A stretch of 64,000 bases of DNA, taken from contig OZ244744.1 of assembly GCA_965219455.1 (NCBI GenBank), forward strand, positions 768,001-832,000, in the 5' to 3' direction. The translations under genes and the position numbers were made by a program. Shown here one piece after another: positions 57,998 to 64,000 of the stretch; positions within the stretch are counted from its first letter, which is position 1; every line of letters begins with the position of its first letter. A model generated the notes under the pieces. The model was given only the letters and a program-made list of their open reading frames with translations, did not search any database and was not told the DNA's origin. The stretch is from Candidatus Latescibacterota bacterium. GTDB lineage: Bacteria > Latescibacterota > UBA2968 > GCA-2709665.

Positions 57998-59278
57998 TCA
58001 GACCTCCAGGTGCTCCAACGCCCGGTATCCGATATCCCTACGGTAGTACACGTTGTCGAATTGAATATTCCCGATCGCCTCGTAGGCCCGATTGACCGAA
58101 GCCCGAATATCCCGGCCGATGGCCGTGACACCCAGAACCCGGCCGCCATTGGTCACCGTCGTCCATTCATCGCGCGACGTGCCCGCGTGAAACACCATGA
58201 CGTCGTCCCGGGCTTCGGCCTCGTCCAGGCCGGATATCGCAAAACCCGTTTCGTGCTCGCCCGGATATCCTCCGGAAGCCAGTACCACGCAAGTCGCGGC
58301 CCGGTTGTCCAGTTCAATTTCCAGATCCTTGAGGGTGCCTTCGAATACGGCCTCGATGATATCCACCAGATCGGTCTTCAGCAGAGGGAGCACAACCTGC
58401 GCCTCCGGGTCGCCCATGCGGCAGTTGAATTCGATGACCCGGGGACCGCTTTCGGTAATGATCAAACCGCCGTATAGGATTCCCTTATAGGGCCGCCCTT
58501 CCGCGGCAAGCGCCTTCACCGTGGGAAGCATGACGCGTTCCAGAATGGTCTTTTGCATTTCCTGCGTCACCACGGGGGCCGGTGCGTAGGCGCCCATCCC
58601 GCCCGTATTGGGGCCGGTATCGCCCTCGCCGATGGTCTTGTGATCCTGGGACGGCACGATGCACACCACGTGTTCCCCATCGGTAAAGCCCGTAATCGAT
58701 GCTTCCTCACCTTCCAGGTATTCCATTAGCACCAGTTTTTCTCCTGCAGCGCCGAACTCCCGGTCCACCAGCACCCGTTCGACGGCACAGAGCGCCTCAT
58801 CCATCGAGTGGCACACCAGCGCACCCTTTCCGGCAGCCAGTCCCGCGGCTTTCAAAACAACCGGCGCTCCCCAATCCTTCACGAACCCCCGCGCGGTGTC
58901 CGCGTCGGTGAATGTTCGATACTGCCCGGTGGGAATGCCATATTTGTGCATGATGCGCAGCGCGAAGTCTTTATCGGCTTCAATCCGGGCCGCCCTCCGC
59001 GAGGGCCCGAACACCCGGAGGCCCACGGCCTCGAACCGGTCCGCAAGCCCGTTTGCGAGCGGGTCCTCGGGCCCGACGACCGTCAAATCGATACGCTCCC
59101 GCTGTGCAAATCCCACCAGACCGTCCAGATCGTCCACACCGATATCCACGCAGGTGGCCTGTTCGGCCATACCGGGGTTGCCGGGAGCGGCATAGATACG
59201 ACTCACCTTCGGACTCTGGGCGATCTTCCACGCAAATGTGTGCTCGCGGCCTCCCTTGCCCACAATCAACACTTTCAT
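57998..59278 (-). CDS. purD: Phosphoribosylamine--glycine ligase
   Basis: G.GGREH, PGNPG, VGPE.PL, GLAAGKG, QDHK, GPNTGGMGAY, EFNCR.GDPE, GGRVL. Confidence 0.97.
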   Translation of the reverse strand: MKVLIVGKGGREHTFAWKIAQSPKVSRIYAAPGNPGMAEQATCVDIGVDDLDGLVGFAQRERIDLTVVGPEDPLANGLADRFEAVGLRVFGPSRRAARIEADKDFALRIMHKYGIPTGQYRTFTDADTARGFVKDWGAPVVLKAAGLAAGKGALVCHSMDEALCAVERVLVDREFGAAGEKLVLMEYLEGEEASITGFTDGEHVVCIVPSQDHKTIGEGDTGPNTGGMGAYAPAPVVTQEMQKTILERVMLPTVKALAAEGRPYKGILYGGLIITESGPRVIEFNCRMGDPEAQVVLPLLKTDLVDIIEAVFEGTLKDLEIELDNRAATCVVLASGGYPGEHETGFAISGLDEAEARDDVMVFHAGTSRDEWTTVTNGGRVLGVTAIGRDIRASVNRAYEAIGNIQFDNVYYRRDIGYRALEHLEV

Positions 59279-59389
59279 CTGTCCGGAACCCCCTGTATAA
59301 GCAAGCGTGGACGTTCATTCCCGGAATTAGATTGCCGAAATTCGGCCGCCCGGCCAACAAATGACTCGTCCGGCGACTCCGGAAAGACC

Positions 59390-60124
59390 CTATTCCAACT
59401 CGTCTTCGGAACCATGCCCGATCAGCGTGCCCAGATCCTCGCCCTCCAGAATCCGGCGCATGGTCCCGCGCGTGTCGAAATCGAAGACATGGATGGGAAG
59501 CCGGTTGTCCCGGGCGAGAATCACCGCGGACTGATCCAGCGCGCCCAGATTTTCCCGCACAACGGTATCGTATCCAACGCTGCGGTACAGGCGCGCGTCG
59601 GGACTCCTGTTGGGGTCGTCGGTGTAGACTCCAGCCGTTTTGTGCTTCGCGAAAAGTATGGCATCGGCCCGAATCTCAAGCGCTCGCTGCACGCCGGGAT
59701 AGTCCGTTGTAACGTAGGGATTGCCGATGCCCCCCGCGAAGATCACGATATAGCCCTTTTCGATATGGTGGATGGCGCGCAGCCGGATAAAGGGTTCGGC
59801 GACCGCGTTAATCGGAATTGCCGTCATTACGCGCACCTCCGCGTCGCTCCTGGCGGTCATCACGCCCCGTAACATCAGGCTGTTGACAATGGTACCCAGC
59901 ATTCCGATGTTGTGGGCTTCGGACTCTTCGATGCCCCACTGTGCACCGAGCATCCCTCTGAAAATGTTACCGCCTCCGATCACGACACCGACACCGACGC
60001 CGAGCCTGTGAACGGCCAGGATCTCATCCGCTATGTACTCCAGCGCAACCGGATCAAATCCGAATTCCCTATCACCCGCGACGGCCGCGCCGCTCAACTT
60101 GAGGACAATTCGCCTGTATCTCAT
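59390..60124 (-). CDS. pyrH: UMP kinase
   Basis: RIVLKLSG, VIGGGNIFRG, GMLGT..N, GNPY.TTD, GVY..DP. Confidence 0.9.
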   Translation of the reverse strand: MRYRRIVLKLSGAAVAGDREFGFDPVALEYIADEILAVHRLGVGVGVVIGGGNIFRGMLGAQWGIEESEAHNIGMLGTIVNSLMLRGVMTARSDAEVRVMTAIPINAVAEPFIRLRAIHHIEKGYIVIFAGGIGNPYVTTDYPGVQRALEIRADAILFAKHKTAGVYTDDPNRSPDARLYRSVGYDTVVRENLGALDQSAVILARDNRLPIHVFDFDTRGTMRRILEGEDLGTLIGHGSEDELE

Positions 60125-60305
60125 AATTAACGTATACTCCGGGGTGCGGATAAGAAAAGACAGAGGATGAATATCGGGGGATATCGAGAATCGAAATGCG
60201 GACGGACAGTGAATCTCACGAATGCCGCGGGCGCCGGGGGACCCGACGGGGATATCGGGAGCCTGTGATCCGGAACGCTGCCCGGAGGCGCTGCCATACT
60301 GGTTT

Positions 60306-60333
60306 AATATAGATTCGTTGTGGCGCGTGTCAA
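60306..60333 (-). promoter_or_regulatory. Putative sigma70 promoter for pyrH-purD-purE
   Basis: TTGACA-N16-TATATT on the minus strand. Confidence 0.5.
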
Positions 60334-60678
60334 CGAAATTCAACTCCTCCCTGAATGCGCGCACTGAAGGCCGATTCTGACGACCGCCCCGCCGGATCGA
60401 CCTGCCAGCGCTCCGGAGGCGTGCAGGCCCGAAACCGCAGGATTTCCACGATCTCGATCCCCCGTCCGTGAGGCGAGCAGTTGCGTTTTTTCTTTCATCA
60501 TTCCCATATTTAGGTTAACTTGATTCGGTGATCGGAGCGGAATGCTTCCGAAAACCGGATGCGTTCCGGAATTCCGGTTGACGTGTACAAGTGGTTATAA
60601 TACAGCAATTTCCATAGCGAAGCCGGATATTCAGCCTGACCCTGTTTTCTCTCGAACACATCCCGTTATGGAGGTGAC

Positions 60679-61488
60679 ATGCCCCCCCGAAGAGTTCTCG
60701 TCACCGGCGTATACGGCCTTATACCCGGCGCCATTTACGAGCATCTGATCCGGTCGCCCGACACCTACGAGACCTACGCCCTCGCGCGCCGTCGCTATCC
60801 ATCCGACAGGTCGCCCGACGGGCGCGCGCTCGACATCCCCGACGACAAATTTCACCTGGCCGATCTTTCCGATATGCAGGCTGTGCAAAACGCCGTTAAC
60901 GGCATGGACACCGTCGTCCAGATGGCGGCGGATCCACGGCCTGAAGCGAGTTGGGACCACATACTGAACAGCAACGTGATCGGCGCCTACAACGTCTTCG
61001 AAGCGTGCCGCATCGCCGGCGTCAGACGGATCGTTTACGCCAGTTCGATCATGACCAACTGGGGCTATCAGACCGACGAACCCTACAAGGCCATTAGAGA
61101 ATGCCGGTTCGACGACGTTCCCGATCCCATACCCATCGTTACCCATAAGCACCCGACGCGGCCCACGGAACCCTATTCCGCCAGCAAGGTCTGGGGTGAA
61201 GCCCTGGCTCGAATTTACTCAAACGTACATGGGATCTCGTGCATTTCCCTGCGTATCGGGGCGGTCAACGCTGAAGACCGGCCGGCCAGCCCCGAACTTT
61301 CCGCAGTCTGGTGCAGCCAGCGCGACGTCGTGAAGATTACCGAACACTGCATAAACGCGCCGGACGATCTCCGCTTCGATATCTTCTACAGCATCTCCAA
61401 CAACAGGTTCTGCTGGGTGGACATGGATCATGCCAGTCGAATTCTCGGTTTTGTCCCCCAGGACAGCGCGGAAGATCACATCTCATAG
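60679..61488 (+). CDS. NAD(P)-dependent epimerase/dehydratase family (uronate dehydrogenase-like)
   Basis: VLVTG..G.I, N..G.YNVFEA, YASS, YSASK, LRIG; GGAGG RBS. Confidence 0.9.
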   Translation: MPPRRVLVTGVYGLIPGAIYEHLIRSPDTYETYALARRRYPSDRSPDGRALDIPDDKFHLADLSDMQAVQNAVNGMDTVVQMAADPRPEASWDHILNSNVIGAYNVFEACRIAGVRRIVYASSIMTNWGYQTDEPYKAIRECRFDDVPDPIPIVTHKHPTRPTEPYSASKVWGEALARIYSNVHGISCISLRIGAVNAEDRPASPELSAVWCSQRDVVKITEHCINAPDDLRFDIFYSISNNRFCWVDMDHASRILGFVPQDSAEDHIS

Positions 61489-61635
61489 CCGCGCCTATCG
61501 CCGTATCGCCTTACTTTCCGGAAACCGGGTAAGACGCATGCGGCGATTGCGTTCGCCGCACAAATCGTAATCCGATTTTACCCCTGACGCTTGAGTTCGG
61601 GCCGTAGTCGTCCGAATACTCGAGGAACTCATCCC

Positions 61636-62835
61636 ATGTCCAAGCTGCGTATGGCCGTTGCCGGTGTCGGCGCCGAGAAGGGCTCCCGTGCCAGGGGCTA
61701 CCTGGACACAATCCGGAAACTCGCGCATCTCTACGACCTCTGCGCGATCTGCGACGCCGGAGAAGAGGCCCTGCACGCGGCGGGCGAGTTGTTTGACGTT
61801 TCCGCGCGCTATACGTGTATCGAAACGCTACTCCAGGAACAGAGGCCGGATGTCTTTTTTGTCCTGCTCCCCACCGACGGCCAGACGGTGGCGGCGCTTG
61901 CCGGTATCGAATACGGCTGCCATATCATCACCGAAATCCCCTATGCGCTCACCCTGGACATGGGCGATGCAATCGACCGTGCGGCAAGTGCGAAAGGCCT
62001 GAAATGGGAAGTGGCCGAAAACGTCTGGCTCTGGCCCAACGAGCGACTCAAACAGAAAATCGCGCGGGCCGGCGTCCTGGGCAAGCTCACCCACGCCAGC
62101 CTCCGGTATCCCGCGGGCAGTTACCATGGGCTGAACGCCATCCGCACGATCCTGAACAGCAAACCCCGGCGCGCAACGGGTTATGCCCAGGCCGTAGAGG
62201 TGCCGCCCTACAAGAACTACGGCGGGGGGGACGAAACGACCCGCTGGTGGGAAAGCGGCGTGATCGAATTCGAAAACGACGTGGCGTGCATCTACGAAAT
62301 GCCCTCTACCCCCGGCGCGAATCCCGGTATGAACTGGGATATCGAAGGCATCAACGGCTACCTCTCGGGAGAAGCACTGACCCTCTACGAAACCGGGGGC
62401 CGCACCTATCCCATCCGCGAAATACACGAGGAAGTCGACGGCGAACGGATCCTCGCGAGCGTGCAGGTGGACACGGACCCTCCCATTGTCTGGAAAAATC
62501 CCTACAAACAGTATAGAGTCTCCAGCCAGGACGACGTGGCCAAAGCCGCCATCCTGGAGAGTCTGCACACCGCCGTCACCCGGAACACCATCCCCCAATA
62601 CGGTGCGGACGGCGGTCGGTTGGACTACGAAATGTGGGTGGCGCTACGCGAAAGCGCCGAAACCGGGGGCGGGTGGGTTGACTTCCCGCTGGCCGACGCC
62701 ACGAGCCTGGAAGAACGCATCCGCGCCGAATTCAATCGCTACTACGGCGGCGACCCCGTGGCCGACGCCCGAGAACTCATCAACGCACCCTTCGGCCGGC
62801 TCAGCGCCATGTGGACCGTAGCGGGCTGGCTGTAA
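61636..62835 (+). CDS. Gfo/Idh/MocA family oxidoreductase
   Basis: AVAGVG, AICD, TEIP, VAEN, SYHG motifs. Confidence 0.88.
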   Translation: MSKLRMAVAGVGAEKGSRARGYLDTIRKLAHLYDLCAICDAGEEALHAAGELFDVSARYTCIETLLQEQRPDVFFVLLPTDGQTVAALAGIEYGCHIITEIPYALTLDMGDAIDRAASAKGLKWEVAENVWLWPNERLKQKIARAGVLGKLTHASLRYPAGSYHGLNAIRTILNSKPRRATGYAQAVEVPPYKNYGGGDETTRWWESGVIEFENDVACIYEMPSTPGANPGMNWDIEGINGYLSGEALTLYETGGRTYPIREIHEEVDGERILASVQVDTDPPIVWKNPYKQYRVSSQDDVAKAAILESLHTAVTRNTIPQYGADGGRLDYEMWVALRESAETGGGWVDFPLADATSLEERIRAEFNRYYGGDPVADARELINAPFGRLSAMWTVAGWL

Positions 62836-62932
62836 CGTACGGAGTAACGGCACCGGCGGGCGGTCGAGACATACTCGTATCCTTTAACTTCCCGCGTTCC
62901 GGAGCCGTCCGTCAACCCGAAGGCGTTCGTCC

Positions 62933-63700
62933 ATGAATAGACCCGGCAGGCTGGCTTTCGTCACCGGCGCCGCCAGCGGCATCGGTAAAGCCATTGCGGA
63001 ACGGTTTGCCGCCGAAGGCCACCGCGTTATTGCCCTCGACCGATCGGAAGGCGCCCTTCAGGAACTGGCCGTATGTGGTTCCAACACCATCCCATGCGTC
63101 TTCGACCTGAACAACCTGGAGACCATCCCTGACCTGGTGGCCCGGCTCGCCAGAGAGCACGGAACCATCGATGTCCTTGTCAACAATGCCGGAGCCTGGT
63201 GCTACGAACCCGTTGTCGACATCCCCCTGGACCGATGGGAAGAAATCTATCGGATCAATACCACCGCTCCGTTCATCCTTACCCGGGAGGTCGCGCCCGG
63301 AATGATCGAACGCGGCGACGGCGTCGTCGTCAATATCGCCTCCCGCAACGCGATGGTCTCCAGTAAGGGCTCCGCCGCCTACGACTCCTCCAAGGCGGCG
63401 CTCGTCGCCTTTACCCGAACCGCGGCGGGAGAATTCGCGCCACACAACGTCCGCGTCAACGCCATCTGTCCGGGCGTCATCAACACGCCCGCGAACGACG
63501 ACCTGCTGGACGACACGGAGACCTTGGCCAACTATCTCAAGTTGATACCGCAGGGCCGCTACGGCGAACCCCATGAAATCGCAGGCATCGCGTACTTTCT
63601 CACCACCCCGGACGCCCGTTTCATTACCGGGCAGACGCTTGTTGCAGACGGCGGTCAGATGGCCTTCTCGGACTGGAAGAAGCTTTTTGACAAGCCCTGA
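62933..63700 (+). CDS. SDR family oxidoreductase
   Basis: TGAASGIG, NNAG, YDSSK, VNAICPG, ITGQ...DGG. Confidence 0.95.
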   Translation: MNRPGRLAFVTGAASGIGKAIAERFAAEGHRVIALDRSEGALQELAVCGSNTIPCVFDLNNLETIPDLVARLAREHGTIDVLVNNAGAWCYEPVVDIPLDRWEEIYRINTTAPFILTREVAPGMIERGDGVVVNIASRNAMVSSKGSAAYDSSKAALVAFTRTAAGEFAPHNVRVNAICPGVINTPANDDLLDDTETLANYLKLIPQGRYGEPHEIAGIAYFLTTPDARFITGQTLVADGGQMAFSDWKKLFDKP

Positions 63701-63793
63701 CGCACCTCAGGGGGCCGACCCCCCTGCGGGACCCTCGGGCGCCGCACCGGTGGATCCCACGCAACGATCGTTCGACGCGGAGAGAGGACTGAT

Positions 63794-64000
63794 ATGAGCC
63801 ACCCACAATTCACCGGCAGAGTCGCAATCGTCACCGGCGCCAGCAGCGGCATCGGCAAGGCCGTCGCACTCGCCCTGGCGAATGAGGGCGCGTCGGTCGT
63901 TGCCACCTACAATAGCAACAAGGCCGGCGCGGACGCTCTCGAAGAAGACGCCTCCACGTCGGAAGGCAGCATCGAAACGGTGCGGACGGACGTCTGCAGC
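63794..64000 (+). CDS. SDR family oxidoreductase, partial (runs off the right edge)
   Basis: [33 protein letters not shown]; GAGGA RBS. Confidence 0.9.
   Translation, partial: MSHPQFTGRVAIVTGASSGIGKAVALALANEGASVVATYNSNKAGADALEEDASTSEGSIETVRTDVCS

Noticed and set aside
60578-60601. TTGACG...TATAAT promoter before the epimerase gene
   Set aside because: The spacer is only 12 nt, so the two boxes do not form one canonical promoter.
1-64000. CRISPR arrays, tRNA/rRNA genes, integrases or prophage genes
   Set aside because: None recognised on either strand by manual reading.

Overview
GC-rich bacterial chromosomal segment with about 52 CDS. It has no rRNA, tRNA, CRISPR array, transposase or prophage. 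The abundance of Gfo/Idh/MocA, SDR, enolase-superfamily and DUF3604 genes, plus a TolC, suggests a diderm lineage such as Latescibacterota, Gemmatimonadota or Poribacteria (inference only). Core genes include polX, rarA, ggt, mrp/apbC, an RND tripartite pump, bactofilin, hflX, dut, ispH, an M16 peptidase pair, a lysine-riboswitch-led dapA-pckG-dapB unit, purD/purE and pyrH. Most notable: (1) a small island (~29.8-32.0 kb) where a BrnT toxin is coupled to a gene whose BrnA-type antitoxin N-terminus is fused to a sacsin-like GHKL ATPase, probably once with an SF2 helicase; it is now broken by an in-frame TAG and a probable large internal deletion; (2) three MITE-like elements of two terminal-repeat families, two sharing a structured CAAGGCGC...AACGCAG core and all three sitting on stop codons; (3) a PPP-containing leader peptide and terminator upstream of a stand-alone sigma-70 region 4 protein; (4) an M28/DUF4910-AAC(3) fusion; (5) an RND permease with a ~250-aa hydrophobic insertion; (6) a PolX with a substituted third catalytic aspartate. 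All calls come from reading motifs by eye; no database search was run.
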